Position numbers and translations under genes: made by a program. DNA of 64,000 nucleotides from Eledone cirrhosa (Eukaryota): NCBI GenBank assembly GCA_964016885.1, contig OZ024742.1, positions 179,304,001-179,368,000 on the forward strand. The letters are read 5' to 3'. How positions within the stretch are numbered: position 1 is the stretch's first letter; each line of letters opens with the position of its first letter. Under the pieces are notes generated by a model. That model was not told where the DNA came from. It did no database searches and saw only the letters and a program-made list of their open reading frames with translations. Shown in pieces: positions 12,001 to 25,900 of this stretch.

Positions 12001-15000
12001 AGTGGTGTTGGTGGTAGTGGTTGTAGTGGTTGTAGTGGTTGTAGTGGTTGTAGTGGTTGTGGTGGCTCTGGTGACAGTGGTGTTGGTGGTAGTGGTTGTA
12101 ATGGTTGTAGTGATTGTAGTGGTTGTAGTGGTTGTAGTGGTTGTGTTAGTTGTGGTGGCTCTGGTGACAGTGGTGTTGGTGGTACTGGTTGTAGTGGTTG
12201 TAGTGATTGTAGTGGTTGTAGTGGTTGTAGTGATTGTAGTGGTTGTAGTGGTTGTAGTTGTTGTGGTGGTTGTGCTGGCTCTGGTGACAGTGGTGTTGGT
12301 GGTAGTGGTTGTAGTGGTTGTAGTGATTGTAGTGGTTGTAGTGGTTGTGGTGGCTCTGGTGACAATGGTGTTGGTGGTAGTGGTTGAATGTGGTTGTAGT
12401 GGTTGTAGTGGTTGTAGTAGTTGTGGTGGCACTGGTGACAGTGGTGTTGGTGGTAGTGGTTGTAGTGGTTGTAGTGGTTGTAGTGGTTGTAGTGGTTGTG
12501 GTGGCTCTGGTGGCAGTGGTGTTGGTGGTAGTGGTTGTATGGGTTGTAGTGGTTGTAGTGGTTGTGGTGGCTCTGGTGACAGTGGTGTTGGTGGTAGTGG
12601 TTGTAGTGGTTGTAGTGGTTGTGGTGTCTCTGGCGACAGTGGTGTTGTTGGTAGTGCTTGTAGTGGATTGTAGTGGTTGTGGTGGCTCCGGTGACAGGGG
12701 TGTTGGTTGTAGTGGTTGTAGTGGTTGTAGTGGTTGTGGTGTCTCTGGTGACAGTGGTGTTGTTGGTAGTGCTTGTAGTGGATTGTAATGGTTGTGGTGG
12801 CTCTGGTGACAGGGGTGTTGGTTGTAGTGGTTGTAGTGGTTGTAGTGGTTGTGGTGTCTCTGGTGACAGTGGTGTTGTTGGTAGTGCTTGTAGTGGATTG
12901 TAATGGTTGTGGTGGCTCTGGTGACAGTGGTGTTGGTGGTAGTGGTTGTAGTGGTTGTAGTGGTTGTAGTGGTTGTAGTGGTTGTACTGGTTGTGGTGTC
13001 TCTGGTGAAAGTGGTGTTGTTGGTAGTGGTTGTAGTGTTTGTAGTGGTTATAGTAGTTGTGGTGGCTCTGGTGACATTGGTGTTGGTGGTGATGGTGGTA
13101 GTGGTTGTAGTGGTTGTAGTGTTTGTGGTGGCTCTGGTGACAGTGGTGTTGATGGTAGTGGTTGTAGTGGTTGTAGTGGTTGTTGTGGTTGTAGTGGTTG
13201 TGGTGGCCCTGGTGACAATGGTGTTGGTGGTACTGGTTGTAGTGGTTGTAGTGGTTGTAGTGGTTGTGGTGGCTCTGGTGACATTGGTGTTGGTGGTAGT
13301 GGTTGTAGTGGTTGTAGTGGTTGTAGTGGTTGTAGTGGTTGTAGTGGTTGTACTAGTTGTGTGGCTCTGGTGACATTGGTGTTGGTGGTAGTGGTTGTAG
13401 TGGTTGTAATGGTTGTAGTGGTTGTGGTGGCTCTGTGACAGTGGTGTTGGTGGTAGTGGTTGTAGTGGTTGTAGTGGTTGTGGTGGCTCTGTGACAGTGG
13501 TGTTGGTGGTAGTGGTTGTAGTGGTTGTAGTGGTTGTAGTGGTTTTGGTGGCTCTGGTGACAGTGGTGTTGGTGGTAGTGCTTGTAGTGGTTGTAGTGGT
13601 TGTAGTGGTTGTGGTGGCTCTGGTGATAGTGGTGTTGGTGGTAGTGGTTGTAGTGGTTGTAGTAGTTATAGTGGTTGTGGTGGTTGTAGCGGCTCTGGTG
13701 ACAGTGGTGTTGGTGGTAGTGGTTTTAGTGGTTGTAGTGGTCGTAGTGTTTGTGGTCACTCTGGTGACATTGGTGTTGGTGGTAGCGGTTGTAGTGGTTG
13801 TAGTGGTTGTAGTGGTTGTGGTGGCTCTGGTGACAGTGGTGTTGGTGGTAGTGGTTGTAGTGGTTGTAGTGGTTGTAATGGTTGTAGTGTTTGTAGTAGT
13901 TGTAGTGGTTGTAGTGGTTGTGGTGGCACTAGTGACAGCGGTGTTGGTGGTAGTGGTTGTAGTGGTTGTAGTGGTTGTAGTGGTTGTGGTGGCTCTGGTG
14001 GCAGTGGTGTTGGTGGTAGTGGTTGTAGGGGTTGTAGTGGTTGTAGTGGTTGTGGTGGCTCTGGTGACAGTGGTGTTGGTGGTAGTGGTTGTAGTGGTTG
14101 TAGTGGTTGTAGTGGTTGTGGTGGCTCTCGTGACAGTGGTGTTGGTGGTAGTGGTTGTAGTGGTTGTAGTGGTTGTAGTGGTTGTGGTGGCTCTGGTGAT
14201 AGTGGTGTTGGTGGTAGTGGTTGTAGTGGTTGTAGTGGTTGTAGTGGTTGTGGTGGCTCTCGTGACAGTGGTGTTGGTGGTAGTGGTTGTAGTGGTTGTA
14301 GTGGTTGTAGTGGTTGTGGTGGCTCTGGTGGCAGTGGTGTTGGTGGTAGTGGTTGTAGGGGTTGTAGTGGTTGTAGTAGTTGTGGTGGCTCTGGTGACAG
14401 TGGTGTTGGTGGTAGTGGTTGTAGTGGTTGTAGTGGTTGTAGTAGTTGTGGTGGTTCTGGTGGTTGTGTTGGCTCTGGTGACAGTGGTGTTGGTGGGACT
14501 GGTTGTAGTGGTTGTAGTGGTTGTAGTGGTTGTAGTGGTTGTGGTGGCTCTGGTGACAGTGGTGTTGGTTGTAGTGGTTGTAGTGGTTGTAGTGGTTGTA
14601 GTGGTTGTTGTGGCTCTGGTGACAGTGGTGTTGGTTGTAGTGGTTGTAGTGGTTGTAGTTGTTGAGGTGGCTCTGGTGACAGTGGTGTTGGTCATAGTGG
14701 TTGTAGTGGTTGTAGTGGTTGTAATGGTTGTAGTGGTTGTGGTGGCTCTGGTGACAGTGGTGTTGGTGGTAGTGGTTGTAGTGGTTGTAGTGGTTGTAGT
14801 GGTTGTAGTGGTTGTGGTGGATCTGATGACAGTGGTGTTGATGGTAGTGGTTGTAATGGTTGTAGTGATTGTAGTGGTTGTAGTGGTTGTAGTGGTTGTG
14901 GTGGTTGTGGTGGTTCTGGTGACAGTGGTGTTGGTGGTAGTGGTTGTAGTGGTTGTGGTGGCTCTGGTGACAATGGTGTTGGTGGTAGTAGTTGTAGTGG

Positions 15001-18000
15001 TTGGGTTGGTTGTGGTGGCTCTGGTGACAGTGGTGTTCGTGGTAGTGGTTGTAGTGGTTGTAGTGGTGGTAGTGGTTGTGTTGGCTCTGGTGACAGTGGT
15101 GTTCGTGGTAGTAGTTGTAGTGGTTGTGGTGGCTCTGGTGACAATGGTGTTGGTGGTAGTAGTTGTAGTGGTTGTAGTGGTTGTAGTGTCTGTGGTGGCT
15201 CTGGTGACAGTGGTGTTCGTGGTAGTGGTTGTAGTGGTTGTAGTGGTTGAGGTGTCTCTGGTGACAGTGGTGTTGGTGGTAGTGGTTGTAGTGGTTGTAG
15301 TGGTTGTAGTGGTTGTAGTGGTTTTAGTGTTTGTGGTGTCTCTGGTGACAGTGGTGTTGGTGGTAGTGCTTGTAGTGGTTCTAGTGGTTGTGGTGGCTCT
15401 GGTGACAGTGGTGTTGGTGGTAGTGGTTGTAGTGGTTGTAGTGGTTGTGGTGGCTCTGGTTACAGTGGTGTTGGTGGTAGTGGTTGTAGTGGTTGTAGTG
15501 GTTATAGTAGTTGTGGTGGCTCTGGTGACATTGGTGTTGGTGGTAGTGGTTGTAGTGCTTGTAATGGTGGTAGTGGTTGTGGAGGCTCAGGTGAAAATAG
15601 TGTTGGTGGTAGTGGTTGTAGTGGTTGTGTTGGTTGTGGTGGCTCTGGTGACAGTGGTGTTGGTGGTAGTGGTTGTAGTGGTTGTAGTGGTTGTAATGGT
15701 TGTAGTGTTTGTAGTAGTTGTAGTGGTTGTAGTGGTTGTGGTGGCACTAGTGACAGCGGTGTTGGTGGTAGTGGTTGTAGTGGTTGTAGTGGTTGTAGTG
15801 GTTGTGGTGGCTCTGGTGGCAGTGGTGTTGGTGGTAGTGGTTGTAGGGGTTGTAGTGGTTGTAGTGGTTGTGGTGGCTCTGGTGACAGTGGTGTTGGTGG
15901 TAGTGGTTGTAGTGGTTGTAGTGGTTGTAGTGGTTGTGGTGGCTCTCGTGACAGTGGTGTTGGTGGTAGTGGTTGTAGTGGTTGTAGTGGTTGTAGTGGT
16001 TGTGGTGGCTCTGGTGATAGTGGTGTTGGTGGTAGTGGTTGTAGTGGTTGTAGTGGTTGTAGTGGTTGTGGTGGCTCTCGTGACAGTGGTGTTGGTGGTA
16101 GTGGTTGTAGTGGTTGTAGTGGTTGTAGTGGTTGTGGTGGCTCTGGTGGCAGTGGTGTTGGTGGTAGTGGTTGTAGGGGTTGTAGTGGTTGTAGTGGTTG
16201 TGGTGGCTCTGGTGACAGTGGTGTTGGTGGTAGTGGTTGTAGTGGTTGTAGTGGTTGTAGTAGTTGTGGTGGTTCTGGTGGTTGTGTTGGCTCTGGTGAC
16301 AGTAGTGTTGGTGGGACTGGTTGTAGTGGTTGTAGTGGTTGTAGTGGTTGTAGTGGTTGTGGTGGCTCTGGTGACAGTGGTGTTTGTTGTAGTGGTTGTA
16401 GTGGTTGTAGTGGTTGTTGTGGCTCTGGTGACAGTGGTGTTGGTTGTAGTGGTTGTAGTGGTTGTAGTTGTTGAGGTGGCTCTGGTGACAGTGGTGTTGG
16501 TCATAGTGGTTGTAGTGGTTGTAGTGGTTGTAATGGTTGTAGTGGTTGTGGTGGCTCTGGTGACAGTGGTGTTGGTGGTAGTGGTTGTAGTGGTTGTAGT
16601 GGTTGTAGTGGTTGTAGTGGTTGTGGTGGCTCTGGTGACAGTGGTGTTGGTGGTAGTGGTTGTAATGGTTGTAGTGATTGTAGTGGTTGTAGTGGTTGTA
16701 GTGGTTGTGTTAGTTGTGGTGGCTCTGGTGACAGTGGTGTTGGTGGTACTGGTTGTAGTGGTTGTAGTGATTGTAGTGGTTGTAGTGGTTGTAGTGATTG
16801 TAGTGGTTGTAGTGGTTGTAGTTGTTGTGGTGGTTGTGCTGGCTCTGGTGACAGTGGTGTTGGTGGTAGTGGTTGTAGTGGTTGTAGTGATTGTAGTGGT
16901 TGTAGTGGTTGTGGTGGCTCTGGTGACAGTGGTGTTGGTGGTAGTGGTTGAATGTGGTTGTAGTGGTTGTAGTGGTTGTAGTAGTTGTGGTGGCACTGGT
17001 GACAGTGGTGTTGGTGGTAGTGGTTGTAGTGGTTGTAGTGGTTGTAGTGGTTGTAGTGGTTGTGGTGGCTCTGGTGGCAGTGGTGTTGGTGGTAGTGGTT
17101 GTATGGGTTGTAGTGGTTGTAGTGGTTGTGGTGGCTCTGGTGACAGTGGTGTTGGTGGTAGTGGTTGTAGTGGTTGTAGTGGTTGTGGTGTCTCTGGCGA
17201 CAGTGGTGTTGTTGGTAGTGCTTGTAGTGGATTGTAGTGGTTGTGGTGGCTCCGGTGACAGGGGTGTTGGTTGTAGTGGTTGTAGTGGTTGTAGTGGTTG
17301 TGGTGTCTCTGGTGACAGTGGTGTTGTTGGTAGTGCTTGTAGTGGATTGTAATGGTTGTGGTGGCTCTGGTGACAGGGGTGTTGGTTGTAGTGGTTGTAG
17401 TGGTTGTAGTGGTTGTGGTGTCTCTGGTGACAGTGGTGTTGTTGGTAGTGCTTGTAGTGGATTGTAATGGTTGTGGTGGCTCTGGTGACAGTGGTGTTGG
17501 TGGTAGTGGTTGTAGTGGTTGTAGTGGTTGTAGTGGTTGTAGTGGTTGTACTGGTTGTGGTGTCTCTGGTGACAGTAGTGTTGGTGGGACTGGTTGTAGT
17601 GGTTGTAGTGGTTGTAGTGGTTGTAGTGGTTGTGGTGGCTCTGGTGACAGTGGTGTTTGTTGTAGTGGTTGTAGTGGTTGTAGTGGTTGTTGTGGCTCTG
17701 GTGACAGTGGTGTTGGTTGTAGTGGTTGTAGTGGTTGTAGTTGTTGAGGTGGCTCTGGTGACAGTGGTGTTGGTCATAGTGGTTGTAGTGGTTGTAGTGG
17801 TTGTAATGGTTGTAGTGGTTGTGGTGGCTCTGGTGACAGTGGTGTTGGTGGTAGTGGTTGTAGTGGTTGTAGTGGTTGTAGTGGTTGTAGTGGTTGTGGT
17901 GGCTCTGGTGACAGTGGTGTTGGTGGTAGTGGTTGTAATGGTTGTAGTGATTGTAGTGGTTGTAGTGGTTGTAGTGGTTGTGTTAGTTGTGGTGGCTCTG

Positions 18001-19950
18001 GTGACAGTGGTGTTGGTGGTACTGGTTGTAGTGGTTGTAGTGATTGTAGTGGTTGTAGTGGTTGTAGTGATTGTAGTGGTTGTAGTGGTTGTAGTTGTTG
18101 TGGTGGTTGTGCTGGCTCTGGTGACAGTGGTGTTGGTGGTAGTGGTTGTAGTGGTTGTAGTGATTGTAGTGGTTGTAGTGGTTGTGGTGGCTCTGGTGAC
18201 AGTGGTGTTGGTGGTAGTGGTTGAATGTGGTTGTAGTGGTTGTAGTGGTTGTAGTAGTTGTGGTGGCACTGGTGACAGTGGTGTTGGTGGTAGTGGTTGT
18301 AGTGGTTGTAGTGGTTGTAGTGGTTGTAGTGGTTGTGGTGGCTCTGGTGGCAGTGGTGTTGGTGGTAGTGGTTGTATGGGTTGTAGTGGTTGTAGTGGTT
18401 GTGGTGGCTCTGGTGACAGTGGTGTTGGTGGTAGTGGTTGTAGTGGTTGTAGTGGTTGTGGTGTCTCTGGCGACAGTGGTGTTGTTGGTAGTGCTTGTAG
18501 TGGATTGTAGTGGTTGTGGTGGCTCCGGTGACAGGGGTGTTGGTTGTAGTGGTTGTAGTGGTTGTAGTGGTTGTGGTGTCTCTGGTGACAGTGGTGTTGT
18601 TGGTAGTGCTTGTAGTGGATTGTAATGGTTGTGGTGGCTCTGGTGACAGGGGTGTTGGTTGTAGTGGTTGTAGTGGTTGTAGTGGTTGTGGTGTCTCTGG
18701 TGACAGTGGTGTTGTTGGTAGTGCTTGTAGTGGATTGTAATGGTTGTGGTGGCTCTGGTGACAGTGGTGTTGGTGGTAGTGGTTGTAGTGGTTGTAGTGG
18801 TTGTAGTGGTTGTAGTGGTTGTACTGGTTGTGGTGTCTCTGGTGAAAGTGGTGTTGTTGGTAGTGGTTGTAGTGTTTGTAGTGGTTATAGTAGTTGTGGT
18901 GGCTCTGGTGACATTGGTGTTGGTGGTGATGGTGGTAGTGGTTGTAGTGGTTGTAGTGTTTGTGGTGGCTCTGGTGACAGTGGTGTTGATGGTAGTGGTT
19001 GTAGTGGTTGTAGTGGTTGTTGTGGTTGTAGTGGTTGTGGTGGCCCTGGTGACAATGGTGTTGGTGGTACTGGTTGTAGTGGTTGTAGTGGTTGTAGTGG
19101 TTGTGGTGGCTCTGGTGACATTGGTGTTGGTGGTAGTGGTTGTAGTGGTTGTAGTGGTTGTAGTGGTTGTAGTGGTTGTAGTGGTTGTACTAGTTGTGTG
19201 GCTCTGGTGACATTGGTGTTGGTGGTAGTGGTTGTAGTGGTTGTAATGGTTGTAGTGGTTGTGGTGGCTCTGTGACAGTGGTGTTGGTGGTAGTGGTTGT
19301 AGTGGTTGTAGTGGTTGTGGTGGCTCTGTGACAGTGGTGTTGGTGGTAGTGGTTGTAGTGGTTGTAGTGGTTGTAGTGGTTTTGGTGGCTCTGGTGACAG
19401 TGGTGTTGGTGGTAGTGCTTGTAGTGGTTGTAGTGGTTGTAGTGGTTGTGGTGGCTCTGGTGATAGTGGTGTTGGTGGTAGTGGTTGTAGTGGTTGTAGT
19501 AGTTATAGTGGTTGTGGTGGTTGTAGCGGCTCTGGTGACAGTGGTGTTGGTGGTAGTGGTTTTAGTGGTTGTAGTGGTCGTAGTGTTTGTGGTCACTCTG
19601 GTGACATTGGTGTTGGTGGTAGCGGTTGTAGTGGTTGTAGTGTTTGTGGTAGCTCTGGTGACAGTGGTGCTAGTGGTAGTGGTTGTAGTGGTTGTAGTGG
19701 TTGTAGTGGTTGTGGTGGTTGTGGTGGCTCTGGTGACAGTGGTGTTGGTGGTAGTGGTTGTAGTGGTTGTAGTGGGTTGTAGTGGTTGTGGTGGCTCTTG
19801 TGACAGTGGTGTTGGTGGTAGTGCTTGTAGTGGTTGTAGTAGTAATAGTGGTTGTGGTGGATCTGGTGACAGTGGTGTTGGTGGTAGTGGTTATAGTGGT
19901 TGTAGTGGTTGTAGTGGTTGTAATGGTTGTAGTGGTTTTTGTGGCTCTTT
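1..19950. repeat. Satellite array 1: 30-bp anchor GGTGGCTCTGGTGACAGTGGTGTTGGTGGT + (AGTGGTTGT)n, units mostly 48/57/66 bp; runs off the left edge
   Basis: Unit read directly throughout; extreme G+T strand bias; rare variants recur at kb-scale offsets. Confidence 0.97.
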
Positions 19951-19979
19951 TGTGGTGACAATAATCATGAGGGAGATGT

Positions 19980-22900
19980 TTGTTGTTGTTAGTCATGGTC
20001 CTGGTGACAATGGTGTAGGTGTTTGTGATGATGCTGATGTTTGTGTTTGCATTGACGGTGATGTTGGTTGTTTGTTGTTGTTAGTCATGGTTCTGGTGAC
20101 AATTGTGGAGGTGTTTGTGATGCTGCTGGTGTTTGTGGTTGTAGTGACGTTGATGGTTGTTTGTTGTTGTTAGTCATGGTTCTGGTAACAATGGTGTAGG
20201 TGTTCGTGATGCTGCTGGAGTTTGTGGTTGTAGTGATGGTGATGTTGGTTGTTTGTTGTTAGTCATGGTCCTGGTGACAATGGTGGAGTTGTTTATGATG
20301 CTGCTGGTGTTTGTGTTTGTAGTGACGGTGATGTTGGTTGTTTGTTGTTGTTAGTCATGGTTCTGGTGACAATGGTGGAGATGTTTGTGATGCTGCTGGT
20401 GTTTGTGGTTGTAGTGACGGTGATGTTGGTTGTTTGTTGTTGTTAGTCATGGTTCTGGTGACAATGGTGGAGATGTTTGTGATGCTGCTGGTGTTTGTAG
20501 TTGTAGTGACGGTGATGTTGGTTGTTTGTTGTTGTTAGTCATGGTTCTGGTAACAATGGTGGAGGTGTTTGTGATGCTGCTGGAGTTTGTGGTTGTAGTG
20601 ACGGTGATGTTGGTTGTTTGTTAGTCATGGTCCTGGTGACAATGGTGGAGATGTTTGTGATGCTGCTGGTGTTTGTAGTTGTAGTGACGGTGATGTTGGT
20701 TGTTTGTTGTTGTTAGTCATGGTCCTGGTGACAATGGTGGAGGTATTTGTGATGCTGCTGGTGTTTGTAGTTGTAGTGACGGTGATGTTGGTTGTTTGTT
20801 GTTAGTCATGGTTCTGGTGACAATGGTGGAGGTGTTTGTGATGCTGCTGGTGTTTGTGGTTGTAGTGACGGTGATGTTGGTTGTTTGTTGTTAGTCATGG
20901 TCCTGGTGACAATGGTGGAGATGTTTGTGATGCTGCTAGTGTTTGTGGTTGTAGTGACGGTGATGTTGGTTGTTTGTTGTTGTTAGTCATGGTTCTGGTG
21001 ACAATGGTGGAGGTGTTTGTGATGCTGCTGGTGTTTGTGGTTGCAGTGAAGGTAATGTTGGTTGTTTGTTGTTAGTCATGGTCCTGGTGACAATGGTGGA
21101 GGTGTTTGTGATGCTGCTGGTGTTTGTGGTTCTAGTGACTGTGATGTTGGTTGTTTGTTGTTAGTCATGGTTCTGGTGACAATGGTGGAGGTGTTTGTGA
21201 TGCTGCTGGTGTTTGTTGTTTTTGTGACGGTGATGTTGGTTGTTTGTTGTTGTTAGTCATGGGTCTGGTGGCAATGGTGGAGATGTTTGTGATGCTGCTG
21301 GTGTTTGTAATTGTAGTGACGATGATGTTGGTTGTTTGTTGTTGTTAGTCTTGGGTCTGGTGACAATGGTGGTGATGTTTGTGATGCTGCTGGTGTTTGT
21401 AGTTGTAGTGACGATGATGTTGGTTGTTTTTTGTTGTTAGTCATGATTCTGGTGACAATGGTGGAGATGTTTGTGATGCTGCTGGTGTTTGTGGTTGTAG
21501 TGACGGTGATGTTGGTTGTTTTTTGTTGTTAGTCATGATTCTGGTGACAATGGTGGAGATGTTTGTGATGCTGCTGTTGTTTGTGGTTGTAGTGACGGTG
21601 ATGTTGGTTGTTTGTTGTTGTTAGTAATGGTTCTGGTGACAATGGTGTAGGTGTTTGTGATGCTGCTGGTGTTTGTGGTTGTAGTGACGGTGATGTTAGT
21701 TGTTTGTTGTTGTTAGTCATGGTTCTGGTAACAATGGTGGATGTGTTTATGATGCTGCTGGTGTTTGTGGTTGTAGTGACGGTGATGTTGGTTGTTTGTT
21801 GTTGTTAGTCATGGTTCTGGTGACAATGGTGGAGGTGTTTGTGATGCTGCTGGGGTTTGTGGTTGTAGTGACGGTGATGTTGGTTGTTTGTTGTTGTTAG
21901 TCATGGTTCTGGTGACAATGGTGGAGGTGTTTGTGATGCTGTTGGTGTTTGTGGTTGTAGTGACGGTGATGTTGGTTGTTTGTTATTGTGAATCATGGTT
22001 CTGGTGACAATGGTGGAGGTGTTTGTGATGCTGCTGGTGTTTGTGGTTGTAGTGACGGTGATGTTGGTTGTTTGTTGTTAGTCATGGTTCTGGTGACAAT
22101 GGTGGAGGTGTTTTTGATGCTGCTGGTGTTTGTGGTTGTAGTGACGGTGATGTTGGTTGTTTGTTGTTGTTAGTCATGGTTCTGGTGACAATGGTGGAGG
22201 TGTTTGTGATGCTGCTGGTGTTTGTGGTTGTAGTAACGGTGATGTTGGTTGTTTGTTGTTGTTAGTCATGGTTCTGGTGACAATGGTGGAGGTGTTTGTG
22301 ATGCTGCTGGTGTTTGTGGTTGTAGTGACGGTGATGTTGGTTGTTTGTTGTTGTTAGTCATGGTTCTGGTGACAATGGTGGAGGTGTTTGTGATGCTACT
22401 GGTGTTTGTGGTTGTAGTGACGGTGATGTTGGTTGTTTGTTGTTGTTAGTCATGGTCCTGGTGACAATGGTGGATGTGTTTGTGATGCTGCTGGTGATTG
22501 TGGTTGTAGTGACGGTGATGTTTGTTGTTTGTTGTTGTTAGTCTTGGTTCTGGTGACAATGGTGGAGGTGTTTGTGATGCTGCTGGTGATTGTGGTTGTA
22601 GTGACGGTGATGTTTGTTGTTTGTTGTTGTTAGTCATGGTTCTGGTGACAATGGAGGAGGTATTTGTGATGCTGCTCGTGTTTGTGGTTGTAGTGACGGT
22701 GATGTTGGTTGTTTGTTGTTGTTAGTCATGGTTCTGGTGACAATGGTGGAGGTGTTTGTGATGCTGCTGGTGATTGTAGTTGTAGTGACGGTGATGTTGG
22801 TTGTTTGTTGTTGTTAGTCATGGTCCTGGTGACAATGGTGGAGGTGTTTGTGATGCTGCTGGTGTTTGTGGTTGTAGTGACGGTGATGTTGGTTGTTTGT

Positions 22901-25900
22901 TGTTAGTCATGGTTCTGGTGACAATGGTGGAGGTGTTTGTGATGCTGCTGGTGTTTGTTGTTTTTGTGACGGTGATGTTGGTTGTTTGTTGATGTTAGTC
23001 ATGGGTCTGGTGACAATGGTGGAGATGTTTGTGATGCTGCTGGTGTTTGTAATTGTAGTGACGATGATGTTGGTTGTTTGTTGTTGTTAGTCATGGGTCT
23101 GGTGACAATGGTGGTGATGTTTGTGATGCTGCTGGTGTTTGTAGTTGTAGTGACGATGATGTTGGTTGTTTTTTGTTGTTAGTCATGATTCTGGTGACAA
23201 TGGTGGAGATGTTTGTGATGCTGCTGGTGTTTGTGGTTGTAGTGACGGTGATGTTGGTTGTTTTTTGTTGTTAGTAATGATTCTGGTGACAATGGTGGAG
23301 ATGTTTGTGATGCTGCTGTTGTTTGTGGTTGTAGTGACGGTGATGTTGGTTGTTTGTTGTTGTTAGTAATGGTTCTGGTGACAATGGTGGAGGTGTTTGT
23401 GATGCTGCTGGTGTTTGTGGTTGTAGTGACGGTGATGTTAGTTGTTTGTTGTTGTTAGTCATGGTTCTGGTAACAATGGTGGATGTGTTTATGATGCTGC
23501 TGGTGTTTGTGGTTGTAGTGACGGTGATGTTGGTTGTTTGTTGTTGTTAGTCATGGTTCTGGTGACAATGGTGGAGGTGTTTGTGATGCTGCTGGGGTTT
23601 GTGGTTGTAGTGACGGTGATGTTGGTTGTTTGTTGTTGTTAGTCATGGTTCTGGTAACAATGGTGGATGTGTTTATGATGCTGCTGGTGTTTGTGGTTGT
23701 AGTGACGGTGATGTTGGTTGTTTGTTGTTGTTAGTCATGGTTCTGGTGACAATGGTGGAGGTGTTTGTGATGCTGCTGGGGTTTGTGGTTGTAGTGACGG
23801 TGATGTTGGTTGTTTGTTGTTGTTAGTCATGGTTCTGGTGACAATGGTGGAGGTGTTTGTGATGCTGCTAGTGTTTGTGGTTGTAGTGACGCTGATGTTG
23901 GTTGTTTGTTGTTGTTAGTCATGGTTCTGGTGACAATGGTGGAGGTGTTTATGATGCTGCTGGTGTTTGTGGTTGTAGTGACGGTGATGTTAGTTGTTTG
24001 TTGTTGTTAGTCATGCTTCTGGTGACAATGGTGGAGGTGTTTGTGATGCTGCTGGTGTTTGTGGTTGTAGTGACGGTGATGTTGGTTGTTTGTTGTTGTT
24101 AGTCATGGTCCTGGTGACAATGGTGGAGATGTTTGTGATGCTGCTGTTGTTTGTGGTTGTAGTAACGGTGATGTTGGTTGTTTGTTGTTGTTAGTCATAG
24201 TTCTGGTGACAATGGTGGAGGTGTTTATGATGCTGCTGGTGTTTGTGGTTGTAGTGACGGTGATGTTGGTTGTTTGTTGTTAGTCATGGTCCTGGTGACA
24301 AAGGTGGAGGTGTTTGTGATGCTGCTGGTGTTTGTGGTTGAAGTGAAGGGGATGTTGGTTGTTTGTTGTTAGTCATGGTCCTGGTGACAATGGTGGAGGT
24401 GTTTGTGATGCTGCTGGTGTTTGTGGTTGTAGTGACGGTGATGTTGGTTGTTTGTTATTGTGAATCATGGTTCTGGTGACAATGGTGGAGGTGTTTGTGA
24501 TGCTGCTGGTGTTTGTGGTTGTAGTGACGGTGATGTTGGTTGTTTGTTGTTAGTCATGGTTCTGGTGACAATGGTGGAGGTGTTTGTGATGCTGCTGGTG
24601 TTTGTGGTTGTAGTGACGGTGATGTTGGTTGTTTGTTGTTAGTCATGGTTCTGGTGACAATGGTGGAGGTCTTTGTGATGCTGCTGGTGTTTGTGGTTGT
24701 AGTGACGGTGATGTTGGTTGTTTGTTGTTGTTAGTCATGGTCCTGGTGACAATGGTGGAGGTGTTTGTGATGCTGCTGGTGTTTGTGGTTGTAGTGACGG
24801 TGATGTTGGTTGTTTGTTGTTGTTAGTCATGGTCCTGGTGACAATGGTGGAGGTGTTTGTGATGCTGCTGGTGTTTGTGGTTGTAGTGACGGTGATGTTG
24901 GTTGTTTGTTGTTGTTAGTCATGGTTCTGGTGACAATGGTGGAGGTGTTTGTGATGCTGATAGTGTTTGTGGTTGTAGTGACGGTGATGTTGGTTGTTTG
25001 TTGTTGTTAGTCATGGTCCTGGTGACAATGGTGGAGGTGTTTGTGATGCTGCTGGTGTTTGTGGTTGTAGTGACGGTGATGTTGGTTGTTTGTTGTTGTT
25101 AGTCATGGTTCTGGTGACAATGGTGGAGGTGTTTGTGATGCTGATAGTGTTTGTGGTTGTAGTGACGGTGATGTTGGTTGTTTGTTGTTGTTAGTCATGG
25201 TCCTGGTGACAATGGTGGAGGTGTTTGTGATGCTGCTGGTGTTTGTGGTTGTAGTGACGGTGATGTTGGTTGTTTGTTGTTGTTAGTCATGGTTCTGGTG
25301 ACAATGGTGGAGGTGTTTGTGATGCTACTGGTGTTTGTGGTTGTAGTGACGGTGATGTTGGTTGTTTGTTGTTGTTAGTCATGGTTCTGGTGACAATGGT
25401 GGAGGTGTTTGTGATGCTACTGGTGTTTGTGGTTGTAGTGACGGTGATGTTGGTTGTTTGTTGTTGTTAGTCATGGTTCTGGTGACAATGGTGGAGGTGT
25501 TTGTGATGCTGCTGGTGTTTGTGGTTGTAGTGACGGTGATGTTGGTTGTTTGTTGTTAGTCATGGTTCTGGTGACAATGGTGGAGGTGTTTGTGATGCTA
25601 CTGGTGTTTGTGGTTGTAGTGACGGTGATGTTGGTTGTTTGTTGTTAGTCATGGTCCTGGTGACAATGGTGGATTTATTTTTGATGCTGCTGGTGTTCGT
25701 GGTTGTAGTGACGGTGATGTTGGTTGTTTGTTGTTGTTAGTCATGGTTCTGGTGACAATGGTGGAGGTGTTTGTGATGCTGCTGGTGTTTGTAGTTGTAG
25801 TGACGGTGATGTTGGTTGTTTGTTGTTGTTAGTCATGGTTCTGGTGACAATGGTGGAGGTGTTTGTGATGCTGCTGGTGTTTGTGGTTGTAGTGACGGTG

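Noticed and set aside
1-19950. Giant ORFs (poly-Val 2451 aa, Gly-Cys-Ser, Thr-rich mucin-like with NTT sequons, PQPLQ) as a real structural protein gene
   Set aside because: Triplet-periodic repeats keep many frames open. There are repeated frameshifts (~1257, 1399, 2415, 12388, 12670), TGA stops in the GCS and Thr frames, and no non-repetitive domain or convincing start.
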